64,000 bases of DNA from Felis catus (GCF_018350175.1 NC_058368.1:54376001-54440000), one strand, 5' to 3'. Shown: positions 25,170-38,724, numbered from the stretch's first letter. Translations and numbers: made by a program. The notes: generated by a model from the sequence alone, not told the origin.

Positions 25170-25660
25170 TTTAGAATATTCTAGTATATAGAACTCTAGT
25201 GATAGGAAAAAATCTGAAAAACACCAAAAAGCATAGAGAAGGTAAATTAAAATCATATGCAATTCCATTACTCAGAGAAAATCACTGTTGACATCTTGAG
25301 GTATTTTTTCATTCATTCCCTTCTCTTCTCACATATGTGTATATATGTGAGACATATTTATGGATATGCGTATATAAGAATAAGTGCTACTTCATGAATG
25401 TTTAAATTTAATGTACTCTTTCAGATTTAAAATATTGTTATAACATATATATTAATGGCTATATGTTGTTCTATGATATATACTTCTTCACATACATATA
25501 TATATATACATGCATATAATATATATTTCCTATATCATACATATGTATATAGATGTACAGTTTACTTTGAAAATTTCAATATTATACCTGATGCTGCAGC
25601 AAATTCCCTTGTACATGAATAATTGTGTATATTCTGTTGTTTCCTTAGGGTAAATCCCCA
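25170..25660 (-). mobile_element. Old L1M (ME/MD-like) 3' UTR fragment
   Basis: AATCACTGTTGACATCTTG..ATGCTGCAGCAAATTCCCTTGTACATG..GTTTCCTTAGGGTAAATCC. Confidence 0.55.
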
Positions 25661-27069
25661 CATTTATCTTTCATCTCCCAGTCTCCAAAGCTTTGTGCTC
25701 ATTACTTTCTGGCTTAAAGTAACAGATGTTTTCTTTTATTGCTCTCCCTGACCCCAGTTCTCAAAGCTGCCTTTTCTATTTGCCCCCCAACCTGTGAGCC
25801 TTCCAAGGGCCTCAGGGCCAGTGCCTTCTCTGGGCATGTCATCTCACTGTTTTTCCTGGCCTTTCTCACAGCACCAACCACAGTCTTGCATCCAGTCTGA
25901 TCTAATCTTGTGACCAGTACTGCTCTGGCTTGCCCTGACTGTCCTGTCTCGCACCTTTTCTCAGGAATATTGGTCTCTTTAGAGGTTTTTATACAGCTTC
26001 TGTACTTCAAAGGGGCACAGAAAATTTCCAGAGACAGTGCCAGTAACAAGTGTTTCACATAGAAAAACCAGACCTCCTACCCTCACTTCTTCCGAATCCT
26101 AATTTTCCCTTCCCAAAACTTCCTGCTACTCTATGGTTAAGAGATAAGAGACAAATCTGCCCTGTTTAACATGCAAGAGCGAGATCATAGTCAGATGGGA
26201 AACACGTTTTTTCACCCTCCTTAAACCGTTTTGCTTTCTTGCCAGCAATGTTGAAAGTACAAATCACATTGGGAAAGAAACACAACTATGTGTGTAATTA
26301 CCTAAAAAATTATTCATAGCAGGGCTAATCTTTCAGATGATGAAAGAAATCAAAGATACTAGCAATTCTGTTCTATTCTGGACATTGGCTTTCATTCACT
26401 CAACTTCATTCAAAGCACAGTTGGTCAGCAATTTTTATTGATCTTTCACATAATCGAACATGAGAAGAGTTGTATAATTTCTAGGCTTGGGCAATTAATC
26501 ACCTCCTGCCTGTTCTATGGATGCTGTGGTAGCAGAAAGCTCACTTATATTGATGCTCTTCCTCCCTTAGGACCCACGAGGGGAAGGCACTGTGTGAGGA
26601 GGTTGCCATTGGGAGAGGGAGGACCTGCCCTCAGCACCTGCCCCCCACCCCACCTGGCAGGTGATACAGTGACCTCTGGTGGAGCAGAGAGCCCAAGAGC
26701 CATTATGTTCCATAAGGGACAGCTGGGCTGGAATTGTTGAGGACTTTTATTTGTGAGTTCCTTAAGATGCACATCCTGTGATAAAATTTACATATGCCAC
26801 TGAGGATGTATCTTATTGTATATAGTTATTTCCGGTTTATACAAACACCCCTGACCTCATTCTCTTCTGACTCATGGCAACAGCGTTTTTTATGTGTGGA
26901 GGAACTTGTATATTTATTTTTGAATCATAGCAAATATTATTAATTTTGTTCACCTTTTATACTTCCACTTGCAAAGAGAAAATAGATATTGGCATTGTGA
27001 AGGGTACATATAATTATGGATTTAGATTGACAAGATCAATATAAGCGTGTAAAATACTAAATGACTAAT

Positions 27070-27275
27070 AAACTTACCAATTCCAGTCGCCATTGAAGCT
27101 CTTACTGGATGTGTGAAATCTGGCTGGTTATTCTTTCAGTTTCCTCATTTGTAAAATTAGGATAATAGTCACTTGCCCCAGAGGAGTGCTGTAATTATTC
27201 AAAGAGATAACGCTGTAAAATTCTCAGTTCAGTAGCTGGCACATAGTAATCCTAGATAAATATTATTATTGTTGT
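27070..27275 (+). mobile_element. MIR SINE
   Basis: CAGTTTCCTCATTTGTAAAATTAGGATAATAG..CTGGCACATAGTAA. Confidence 0.8.
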
Positions 27276-27348
27276 TTCTTTTTTATTTTATTTTCACAGT
27301 TATATTGTGGTTAAGCTTGTGCTTGTAAATTTGTGGACCGGTATCTTT

Positions 27349-27577
27349 TTTTTTGTTTTTTAAAAAAATTTTTAACGTTTATTTATTATTTTTGAGACAG
27401 AGAGAGACAGAGCATGAATGGGGGAGGGTCAGAGAGAGGGAGACACAGAATCCGAAACAAGCTCTAGGTTCTGAGCTGTCAGCACAGAGCCCGGCGTGGG
27501 GCTCGAACTCATGGACTGTGAGACCAGGACCTGAGCCGAAGTCGGCCGCTTAACCAACTGAGCCACCCAGGCGTCCC
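27349..27577 (-). mobile_element. Can-SINE
   Basis: Perfect 17-bp TSD TGTGGACCGGTATCTTT at 27332-27348 and 27578-27594. Confidence 0.96.
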
Positions 27578-28309
27578 TGTGGACCGGTATCTTTACCCAC
27601 ACCAGGTTATAAAATCTTTTTTCAATTATGTATTTTGAATATATTCAAGTATATATATTTTTCAATTTATATTTCAATTTTTATGTTTACTTTTTGATTA
27701 GCAAGAATAATAACTAATATAAATTGTTTTAATAGAAGCTTACAGAGTAATTTTATCTCAACCTCAGTACAGCTATATGAACCAGATATTATAAGCTTTA
27801 GTTCCCTTTAATAAGTATAGATGGCTTGACAAGTTCACTCACTTATTCATGCATATATTTTTAAACTTCTATTACTAATGTCATTTGAACTAATTTATGA
27901 GCTTCCCCAACATTACAAGCAAGGAAGTACCAACCCTAATATTCAAACTCTGTTCTTCTGATTCCAAATCCCATACCCTCCATTGCCTGTTGAATAACAT
28001 TTGGGCCACCCCAGAACTTGCCAGCTTTCCTTACTGTGGCCATGTGAAGTAATCTCAATTCATTTACTAATTTTAGGCTAGCTTGTTCATAAACTCTCTC
28101 AGTCAGGTGAGAACCTACCCATTAAAAAGATCTCACAACAGGATTTCACAACTTCCCTAGCTTCTAGGTTTTTATAAAATGCTTCAAACCTCTATGACAA
28201 AATTTATAATTAGATTAAACTAAATCCCTCATGTTTCTGCTTAAGTGAATATGTAGTATGCCAGATAGACAAGACAAATGGGACAGAAAAAGCTGGGATG
28301 CTGAAGTGC

Positions 28310-28600
28310 TATTTTAGTCTGAAGAAAGTGAGAGAGAGCACCATGCAAAAATCTGTAAAAAAGAGCGCCCCCTGTAGACGGAACAGCAAGCACAAATGTT
28401 CTGAGAATGAGGGACAGTGAGAAGAGCGGTGTGTGGGGACAGGAGAGTTCTAGATCAGCGCAGAGTCCAGAGGGAGCAGCAGGTTTTGTGGGGTCTTGGG
28501 ACCATTGGTAGGATTTTGTCCTTCACCGTGAGTTGTGAAGGCTTGGACGGTTTTGGGCTGAGGAGTGCTATGACCCATGTAGGCTTTAAAAGGTGAGAGC
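28310..28600 (-). mobile_element. L2 fragment
   Basis: CCATGCAAAAATCTG..GGAACAGCAAGCACAAA..CCATTGGTAGGATTTTG..GGTTTTGGGCTGAGGAGTG. Confidence 0.75.
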
Positions 28601-29856
28601 CAGGGTGAGAAAGGGAGGCTGCTGCCCACCAAGGGTGACTTTCCCCACGCACTTAATACTTAGTATAGGTCTTATTTTCTAACTGTTGTAGAAAACAAAA
28701 CCAAATAGTTGTACTACCAGAAGCTGGCCTTCTTTATTTTTCAGGAAAGTTATGGGATCAGCTTTTCTGTATTTTACACTTCTCCTGGATCTGTAAAACA
28801 GGACTCTCACCACTCCCTAAGTTAATGGTTCCCTGACTTCTTAAATATTTTCCCCCTTAATACCATTTTCTTGGTCTACTGAAACCATTATTAGAAAAGT
28901 TACATGTATACCTATGTATGCATTATATATACACTTAAAAAGTAAATATATATTTAGTTTTTAAATTAGTATTTATTTTGTACCATGAATACATGATTAT
29001 CTCATGGCTGTAGACAGTGAGGTAATAAGAGAAATTCTCAAGTACTGCAAACATCCAGTTGTAAGCACTTTGAGACTAGGAACCAGATTTACCTGATATT
29101 TCTATTCCTCTGTCTACAGAAAAGCTCTTTGTACAAGAACTCCTTCCAAAATAGCCATGAAAATCCTTTCACTAAATGTGCTAATAAAATCTGATAATAA
29201 TATTGACTCAATTGTATCGAGTGCTTTCCCAGCTCACCATGATTCTCCTTTTTCCAAAAAATTCCTCCAATCCGTATAGACACCCTATCTCACATCACAC
29301 TGCCCCATTATCTTTGGGCAGAACATGGCTTTGGCATCTCTTTATAAATAATTGGATCAGGAGAGAGTACTGAAGGGTTAACAATAATCTCTCCCTAACA
29401 TGTAGAATTAAGACCAAGGCTGGAGGTACAACATGGAAGATCATTATCCACTCACCCTCTAGATGAGAGAAACAAAGAAAGTTAATTCGTTCAGAGGGAA
29501 AATATTACAGCAGATGTCATATAGCAGATATGCAGGGGTAGTGAGGAGGCTGGACACTTTATCGCTTCTTTTTCTAGAAGCTTCAGAGTAATTGACTTAT
29601 TCCAAGAGAATTTTTGTGTCCTTATATTGAATTATCACTTTTTACCTAAGCTAGCTTTGGCTGGTTTCTATTGCCTGTCCTAATCATAATTTTCTATTCC
29701 TCCGGTAGCCCATCTAAATGTTATTTGGTCTAGCAATACTGGTGTAATGGCAGATACAGCATGCAGGATTAAACCAAACTTTACTAAAAGCCAAATATAC
29801 TTAATTTATTATTCCTTTTATTCAAGAGGCAATTTCAAATGTAAAACTGGACAACT

Positions 29857-30219
29857 AATTATAATAATAGTTATTATTATATATTTATAATATATATTTA
29901 TATCATATAAATATATAGTTATATTATATATAATATAATATATTTATATAATATATTTGTATTAAATTTATTATTATAAATTTATAATAAATTATAATAT
30001 AATTTATATATTATATAAATATATATATTTATTATTATATAATATATATATTATATATATATAATATAATATATATATATTATATAATATAATATATATA
30101 TATAAATATATATAATAAATTATATTATATTAAATTTATATAATATATTTATATATTATATAAATAATAGTTATATTATTATATATAATATATTATTAAT
30201 ATAATAATATATTAATATT
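29857..30219. repeat. ~360-bp almost pure A/T low-complexity tract
   Basis: Only a handful of G/C bases among degenerate TA/TAA/TTA repeats. Confidence 0.97.
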
Positions 30220-31272
30220 GGTTAACCCTTTGTCCTTGTGTTCATATAATAAATATACTATTAAAATAAATATTCTGCTCATATGAAAAGCATTTCAAAT
30301 ACTATGCATTTCTTTGAAATAGTTATTTGTATTTAAATGTTGATAAATTTGTTTGAATGTAGGTAAAGAAAACAAAACATGAAAACATCAAAATGTGAAT
30401 TTACAATGAAGTGTTACACGTGGATTAAAGTACAAAATGAAGTAATAATACAGAGTTTTATTTTTTTTACTAGTATGAAATCTTCACTTTCGTGAAGTTT
30501 AAATCAAGACCTAAAAATATTTGGAATTGTAACTAAGTTACAAATAAATGGTCTACTCCTAGAGATCAGGAGTCTAATTGGATTTATTGACTCTCCATGG
30601 AGAGTCATTCTGCGCACATTTGTTCTGTAGTTACAGGGTAACAGGCAGTTTCTGTGTAGGTTTTTGTCTAGACTTATAAAAACTTTCAATAAAGCTATGG
30701 AGACATTCAATTGCTTCCTGTCTCATGGAAAAAGTTGTAGAACCCAAGTCATGTTGCCTGTTATAAAGCAATTTCTGAGTTTGTAGCCTTTCTTTTAGTG
30801 CTTCATCTGAATCAAAGAAAGGAAATCAGGAACGATGATTACTAATGATACAGTGAAAGAATTGTCCAGAAAATGTGTGCTGAATAAGATTTTTATCAAC
30901 TATGAAAGTGAGAAAAGTAATTGTTTTTTGATAAGTAGCTTATTATGGAGCACAGACTATTCATTCATTTTGTGGGAGTGTCTTCATAACTATAAGAAGT
31001 AAAATTTTCATGGTAATAATGCTGAAAACATTTCAATGGGTTTGTTAGTCACTCAAGATATCTGTCCTTTACAATGTTATTATTATAGCTCATTCTGTGA
31101 TACATTTTAAATTAATATATTCTTGGAGTTAAGATAATATTTATACCACTGAAAACTTTAGATTACAGACACAAGACAATTATTTCTGTATTGTAGAAGA
31201 GTTTTCACTTGTTGCACTTCATGATTTTATTTTGCTGGAACAGTTACAATAGTTATAAAATGCTCAACTGTT

Positions 31273-31448
31273 TTTTTAATGTTTTTTAAATTATTTTTGA
31301 GAGAAACAGAGAGGTGGGGAGGGACAGAGATGGAGACAGAGAATCCTAAGCAGGCTCCCTGCTGTCAACACAGAGCCTGAGGCGGGGCTCGAACTCACAT
31401 GTTGAGATCATGACCTGAGCCGAAACCAAGAGTCAGATGCTTCACCGA
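31273..31448 (-). mobile_element. 5'-truncated Can-SINE
   Basis: Lacks the first ~20 nt; imperfect TSD TTATAAAATGCT(C/A)AACT at 31253 and 31449. Confidence 0.92.
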
Positions 31449-33509
31449 TTATAAAATGCTAAACTCTTAATAGTTACTGGGATGGGTTAATATGCTAATT
31501 TTAAAATGCCCAGATGGATGGAGATGAGAGTTTAGAACAGTTGGCTTTGCTTCCTCTTTAATCTCCAATCAAAGCAATGTTGGGAGTGAGGACATAACAG
31601 AGGCTCTGGAAGCTCCTAAACAGGTCTATGTGTAAGGGATGAAAACATAAGGATCTGTTTCAAAGGAGAAAAAAGGTCTCCAATCAGAAGGCTGTGAAAG
31701 TTCATGAGGAATTTTCCGGTTGATAACAAGAGCAGATACAGAATCAGAAAATAAAAATTTTTAATTAGGAAAGCAAAAATAGCACAGCATGCAATATAAA
31801 GTTAATAAAACTGAATTCATCATCAAAATGCTGGATCAAGGAAAGAATTTTTAGCTGGATAGATATAGAAGTGGGAATTGAATATCTTCATTGAGGGTCA
31901 GTTTCCCAAGAGTGCCTAAGGACAAACAAGCAGGATAAATTGTAGGAACCTCAGCACTAGGACAGCTCAGATAGATCACTGTTGCCATCATACAGTGTGT
32001 ATGATGTGTGTAGCCTACACACAGAATTGTGTAGGCTAATCATGTATGTAACTGAGATATGATCATAGTTAAGTCCTTTCTTCTCCTTCTGGCCTGGTGA
32101 GTACAAACAAATTGGCAGGACAATCCCTGTCAATCATAAAAATAAATTCTTTTCTCCCTTGTATTCTAAAAGCTATGAAAAAGTGTATATACTTAATATA
32201 GATGTTAACATAAAACAACTAAAATTCACGAAGTGATTGTTGAAAATACTTCTCAAGTGCCTAATATGTGTAAGGCATTATGCTGGGCATTATATAAGAT
32301 TTAAGGATATCCACTATGTTCCATGATGTAGATGCTCTTGGATAAAACAAACATTTATACAAATAATACAAGGTACTTGATCAGTGTAGAAGTAAAGGCA
32401 ATCAATAGAACAGCTCAAGAAGTTAGCCTCAGAGTTCCAAGAACCCTGTTATCCCACTGAGATCTCCCTTAAAGTGACTGCAACGGCACGTCCATCCCAG
32501 TTCAATTAGCACAGCTTCTGAGCTTGCCACCAGTTTGTCACCCTCAAATTATACCTGCAAAATCAATGGTGTTTGCCTTGTTAGCAGATTCAATCTATTT
32601 GTAACACTTTATTAAAGAACTGAAAGTGGTAGATAATAAATAAGTTTTGACCAAATGGCCCACTCTCTTTATATCGTATATTTGTAACAAAACCACTACT
32701 AGGAGTAATCTTAGAACTTCTGACATTTTGCAACAACATCAGATTACAAAATCCAGAAAGCATGTTTTTTCTCTTTGCAGATTTTTGACATATTTATTTC
32801 TGTGACTCATAACACAATAATGATAAGAAAAGCTTTTCATATGATGCCAACTATTGAAAATTTTAACTCAAAGTATAATACTAAAATCAAAAGTATTGGC
32901 TTATTCATCAGAGTTCATATGCTATTATATAGAAATCAGTTTTTAAATTATCACCACCTATAGGAATTTTCATCCCTATCATATGAACTAATTTGAATAC
33001 CTGTTTTTCTATACAGTATTTTTAAAATAGAAGATTATTTAAAAACAGAAGATTATTATGTAACACCAGCATCACCTTATATAATTTTTTTATTCTTCTT
33101 TAATTTAGAAAAACATAAAGTTAGGTACAAATATTCCTTATGCTTTTAACACTGATATAACTAAAAATTAAAAATTAAGGAAAACAAAACTATAAAAGCA
33201 GAAAGTTAAAACTGCCAACGTTAGTTTGGTATAACTGATGACAGTGTGCTTTATATAAATTGCAGAGTACAGCTGAACGTAATGCTGACTGCTCCAATGC
33301 AGGTATTTTGAATCCAACACACCTAAAAAAGCATGTGATTAGTAATGAGTAACTTGTCATACTCCTTCTTCACATTTCTTTTGAATCTGTGAAACATATT
33401 ACAACGCTCAATGTCATTTCAATATTACTTAGCAAAAATATGCAATTTGTGTTAGGGTTTTGTCTATTATTTTATGGTAGTACCACTTGTCATCAGGTCC
33501 ATAATAAAC

Positions 33510-33750
33510 CAAAAAGCCAGTGCGTGCAATCGAAACCAGAAGTGAGGTTAAGGGGATGCATGATGTCAAAAAAGGACTCCTAAGGAGCAGCTGGTGAGGT
33601 AGACAAGGATCCTGAGAGGATGGTGGTCCAGAGGTAAAGGCTGTTTCAAGAAGGAGGGAGTAAACAGTGGTGCCAAAAACTAATGAGATGTCACCTAAGA
33701 GGATGATGAGGATTAACCATCAAATTTGTAATATGGAGATAATTTAACAA
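33510..33750 (-). mobile_element. L2 fragment
   Basis: AAGGAGCAGCTGGTGAGGTAG..GTTTCAAGAAGGAGGGAGT..ATTTGTAATATGGAG. Confidence 0.65.
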
Positions 33751-33966
33751 ACTCACAGAAACCCAGTTGGATCTTTTGAACCTAAATGACATCTATCATG
33801 AGTGGCATCTGAAGTTTGCTCATGTATTTTTTCAATGTATCTCCTAGCTTCTTTCAAAAGTGTGGGGCCTTTAATCTCTGTTCTCATACTGTCTTTCTGA
33901 TCACTCTTCTCCTTAGAGGAAGGAAACCACGCTTCGCTCTTTTAGACACATCCTCTCCTCTTGCCT

Positions 33967-34171
33967 TTTTTTTTTAAGTTTATTTATTTTGAGAGAGAGA
34001 CAGCACAAGCTGGGTAGGGGCAGAGGGAGAGCGGGAGAGAGAGAATCCCAAGCAGGCTCCACACTGTCAGCACACAGCCCGACAGGTCTTGAACATATGA
34101 ACGGTGGGATCTCGATCTGAGCTGAAACCAAGAGTCCCATGCTTAGCCCACTGAACCACTTAGGCGCCCCC
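33967..34171 (-). mobile_element. Can-SINE
   Basis: T-rich tail, GA-rich segment, AGGCGCCCC head. Confidence 0.93.
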
Positions 34172-34874
34172 GTCTCACCTCTTTTTAACTGCTGTGCTTC
34201 ATTCCTTTGGGACTGCACTGGTTCCCCTCTTTCCAGCCTGAAGTTGTTATTCAGTCCATTTAGCTCCACTGTAGATGATACATGAGGGTAGAAGTGGCAG
34301 AGAGGCCATTCTGGGTCCTGTGTCTGAAGCATGCACAAGACAAAAAGAGTTTTTTCTTCCAACAGAGGTGTCTTCTTAGTGTATTTACTTTTATCACATA
34401 TTCTGTAATGAAAGTGTCTCCATATTTTGTTTTTTGAGCTGCATTACCTTTTTGTATTCCTTTTTGTATCCCTTTTTATATTGCTGCTTTAGTTTGTTCA
34501 AGCTCCTGGATGTGTGATGGTGGTAATTTGATATATTCCAGGAAGATCTGGGAAGAGAAAAACTTCCTCCAGTCACACACAGGCAACATACAAAAACACA
34601 CAAAGCTTAAAACTTAGAATTAAAAAAAAATGTTTTTACATACATTATCCCATTTTATCCTCACCACAGTCCTTTACTATGGATACATCTAAGCATTTTT
34701 AATGTGGAAAATGAGATGAGAATTAACTAAATATAAACTCTTTTCCAGATCTTTGAAAGAGAAGCACAGTTTAAAGCAGATGCAGACAAAAGCCCACATA
34801 TTTAGATATTCACAGATATTTAATATAGATTATGATAGTTTAAATTGTGGTGGACTCTTTAATTTAAAAAAAAT

Positions 34875-35020
34875 GTTACTGGTTTAGTATACAGGATACA
34901 AATGAATAGCCAGATGAAAAAGTATACAGAGTAAGGTACAGAAGGTCTTGAGTTCAAGAGCTTCTATTCCCGTGGAGGGCTGTGCTGCCTCCAGGCAGGT
35001 GGTTTTGTTTGCTTATCCGC
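34875..35020 (-). mobile_element. MER21-like ERVL LTR fragment
   Basis: TTACTGGTTTA..GGATACAAATGAATAGCCAGATGAAAAAG..GAGCTTCTATTCCCGTGGAG. Confidence 0.6.
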
Positions 35021-35169
35021 AGTTTAGTCAAGCTGAGGGGGACATTAAAGTCAGCAGCTTTAATAAAGCCCCTCTAACTCCCACACTAGTGGCCAATAAA
35101 CTGCAGCAAAAGAGCAGGACCTGAGTTGCACTGACAAACACACGGTACTAGTTTCCTGTGTTAGACAAC

Positions 35170-35490
35170 CCTGGCTCTCTCCTGATGATCTCCTCTCTTC
35201 TTACCCTGCATACTTCAGAATTTTCAGTCTCCGCCACTGCTTCAGTTTTCATGAGCACATTGATAACATCTAAATGAGCATCTCCAGCACAGATCTTCCC
35301 ATAAATTTCAGATAATTATTTCATATTGTCATCGGATCTCATATTCAGCATTTTCAAGATCACATTCGTCTCCCATCCACATATTCCTGCTTTTCTCTTC
35401 TGGATTTCAGTGAATATCAAGACTTGTTAGAGCTGGAAGATCAGGGATCATGCTGACACCTCCATCGCTTTCATCCATAAATCTGATCAA
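35170..35490 (+). mobile_element. L2 fragment
   Basis: ATCTCCAGCACAGATCTT..TTTCAGTGAATATCA..CAGGGATCATGCTGACACCTCC. Confidence 0.55.
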
Positions 35491-35622
35491 TACAATGATA
35501 CTCATGGAGGAGATTTTTACTCAAGTCCTCTTATGCATGCTTCTTTGGATGATGGCAAAATGTGTGAAGAAAAGGGCTCCAAGAAGAGTCTAAATAAATA
35601 TGGAATTATGTAATTAAAAAAA

Positions 35623-35787
35623 TTGTTTAATGTTTATTTATTTTTGAGAAAGAGTGTGAGTAGGGGAGGGGCAGAGAGACACACACACTCAGCACAGAGC
35701 CCAACGTGGGGCTTGAACTCACAAACCACGAAATCATTACCTGAGCTGAATTTGGATGCTTAACCAACAGAGCCACTCAGGTGCCCC
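35623..35787 (-). mobile_element. Can-SINE with internal deletion
   Basis: Tail and head present; GAATC..GGCTCC segment missing; degenerate TSD TGGAAT.A.GTAA. Confidence 0.9.
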
Positions 35788-37384
35788 TGGAATAAAGTAA
35801 CTTTTAAATTTATCTGACAGGTAATGATCAGGTGCCTACCTTATGGTAGGAATTGGGCTATGATCTTAACTACTAATTTAATAAGATATACATGTAAAAT
35901 TATACTACCAAGTTAATTTCCAATTCATTCAAGGAATTCAATAAATATGAAATTTTAATTTTAAAATTTAAATAGTCATTATTGTAACATAAGTATTAAT
36001 CAGTTAATATTTAGTTGTGATGTTAAATAGATTTTTTTTTAATCAGACACTGGTAGTAGCCCTTAATATTCACTTAACAGAAGATGTTATTGTTTCTTCA
36101 GAGAGGCAAGTCTGAGCCATCTGTGAATATCTGTTGATTCTGGTCAGCAAAGAGAAAGATAGAAATTCCATTATACAGCTTACCTCACAAAGTGAAGCTG
36201 ACTAAACTAGGCAGAGTTGGGAATGCTGAAAGCACAGTTCCTATATATTAACTAATACAAAGTACAATAATGTTTAATCAGTTGTACGACATAGATGTAT
36301 ATAAGAATGTAATCAAAAAAGAATGCCCATCCATTAAAAACTGGTTGAAACGCCATCTCCATTCGGAAGCTTTTCCCAACCCCATCTGGATTTAATCTCT
36401 TTCCTCCTAGTTATTTATCCTAACTGGTCTGACAATGATTACTTTTTATCATGCTCCATATCCCACACCGGACTGTGTCATTTTTTAAAGTATTCTCCAT
36501 AGCACCCAGAACTGCACCTCTTGTCATGAAAGCATCGAAATACTCCTTTGTAACTGCAAAAAAAAAAAATGCGTAGAAATTTATTTGGTATACACTATTA
36601 CTGTAAATAAGATGATAAAAATTCTTGCTAAAATTTTTCTTTTCATTTAGAAGCACACATTTTGAAGGTATTTCACAAAGATTTCTCAGCTTTTTTTTAC
36701 AGTGAGCTACTAATAGTATGTTTTGTCAATAAATTTTATTTTCTCATTATAGCCTTAATAATTTAACAAATACATAATAAGTGTTGGTATCAACATAATA
36801 TACTTTCTCTAAGATATACACTGATCAATGACAAGTGTAAGTCAAACTAAGCCTGGATATAGTTATGAAAAAGCATGCTTATTATGAATGTCCAGATATC
36901 CCATGTGGACAATGTATACCAGAATTATATCTCAAGAGGTCTCCTAGGTGACATTTGTCAGCTTAATGAAGTTACAAAGGTCCAGGGTATGGCTGTCAGC
37001 TAGGAAAGCTGTAACACAGGTGAAAGATATATTTTCACCATATTATACCATGAACTAAGGACTCAAGAGTGAGATATAATACAGAATTCCAGTAAATTCA
37101 TTTGCATTGACATGCTACAGCCATGGCATCTTCTTTGGATAGGCCTTCTCAGCCTCAGTTTCTCTGATTTTCCCTTAAATAGAAAACATGTTCATTACAT
37201 CTTTAACATCTCAATATTCCATTTGCTAATATTAAACATAGAGAAGTCCGAGCATATACCCAAAGAGTGGTCAAGTTCATATTTCCTTCCTATTATGTAG
37301 ACTTTTTTTTTTGCTTCTCGTGAAATCTTACGTGAGAGTAAAGGATTTTGAGATAAAGTATAGGGAAAGTTAAACTCTTAGAAA

Positions 37385-37748
37385 CGTAGTAGGAAAGTGG
37401 TGTCCAAGACCTGAAGGGTGAAATGGGAGAAATGAAGAATGGTTGGTAAAATGGTAAAAACCTTTAGTTTCTAAGATGGATCAGGTCTAAGGATCTAATG
37501 TATAACATGGTAATTATACTTGATAATTATACATAGTAAATATACTTGCATATTTGAAATTTGTTAAGAGAGTAGAGTTTAAATGTTCTCATCCTCCCCA
37601 CCCCTAAAGATAAATAAGTGAGGTGATGGATGTGTTAATCAAACTGTAGGAATTCTTCCACAACATATATGTATATCAAATCATCATATTATACATTTAA
37701 AATATCTTACAATTTTGTCAGTTATGCCTCAATAAGGCTGAAAAAAAA
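37385..37748 (+). mobile_element. L1MA9-like 3' end
   Basis: GGATCTAATGTATAACATGG..TGAAATTTGTTAAGAGAGTAG..GAGGTGATGGATGTGTTAA..CTCAATAAGGCTGAAAAAAAA. Confidence 0.85.
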
Positions 37749-38005
37749 TCCAAACAGAATGTAGCTTAAAAAATGTGAATAGATAAGTGTAAATGGAATT
37801 ACTTTTCATTTTAAAAATAATTACCTTTTTCTCTCTATTAATAAAGGGGATTTTGTTTATTTAATTTTAATTTATTTAATTAATGTTTAATTTAGTAATG
37901 GGTTACATTACTTTCTCTATTAAGGTATATTGTAATATTAAAAAAATAACTATCTGGACTAATATTTAGCATTCTTGTGTACTTTCTTTAAAAGTAGGAG
38001 GAGGG

Positions 38006-38228
38006 CAGTGTGCCTGGGTGGCTCAGTCTGTTAAGCGTCCAACTTGGGCTCAGGTCATGATCTCACTGTCTGTGAGTTTGAGCCCCACATCTGTTCTGTG
38101 CTGATGGCTCAGAGCCTGAAGCCTGCTTCAGATTCTGTGTTTCCCTCTCTCTCTGCCCCTCCCCAGCTTGCACCCTGTCTGTCTGTCTCTCTCAAATATA
38201 AACATTAAAAAAATTTAAAAAAATAAAT
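38006..38228 (+). mobile_element. Can-SINE (first of tandem pair)
   Basis: TSD AAAAGTAGGAGGAGGG at 37990-38005 and 38229-38244. Confidence 0.94.
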
Positions 38229-38242
38229 AAAAGTAGGAGGAG

Positions 38243-38451
38243 GGGGATGTCTGGGAGGCTCAGTTGGTTAAGTGTCCAACTTCAGCTCAGGTCACAATCT
38301 CAAGGTCTGTGAGTTGGAGCCTCCATCAGGTTCTCTGCTGTCAATGCAGAGCCTGCTTTGGATCCTCTGTCTCCCTCATTCTCTGCCCCTCCCCAGCTTG
38401 CACTCTCTCACCCTCTCTCTCTTCCAAAAATACATAAACGTTAAAAAAAAA
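38243..38451 (+). mobile_element. Can-SINE (second of tandem pair)
   Basis: GGGGATGTCTGGGAGGCTCAGTTGG head; tail to ~38451. Confidence 0.93.
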
Positions 38452-38724
38452 TAGGAGAGATTTACATTGAAAGTTTAGAGTTGGTGCTTCTAACAATCTT
38501 GTATTAATATGGTAATTTTTTATCATTGCTAACTGGGTGTCCATTTATGCCCAGTTCTCATTTTAAACATTAAAATTTTATTTTTGTTTATAAGTGAAAT
38601 GAGAAAATTTAAAAAATGGAAGATTATCACACTGAAATTTCCAGATCCTTTGTGTTGTTAAATGTTTACTTAGTAGGTGCTTCATATTTTTCAATTTTCC
38701 TTTCTGTATTTATGGAATATAATT

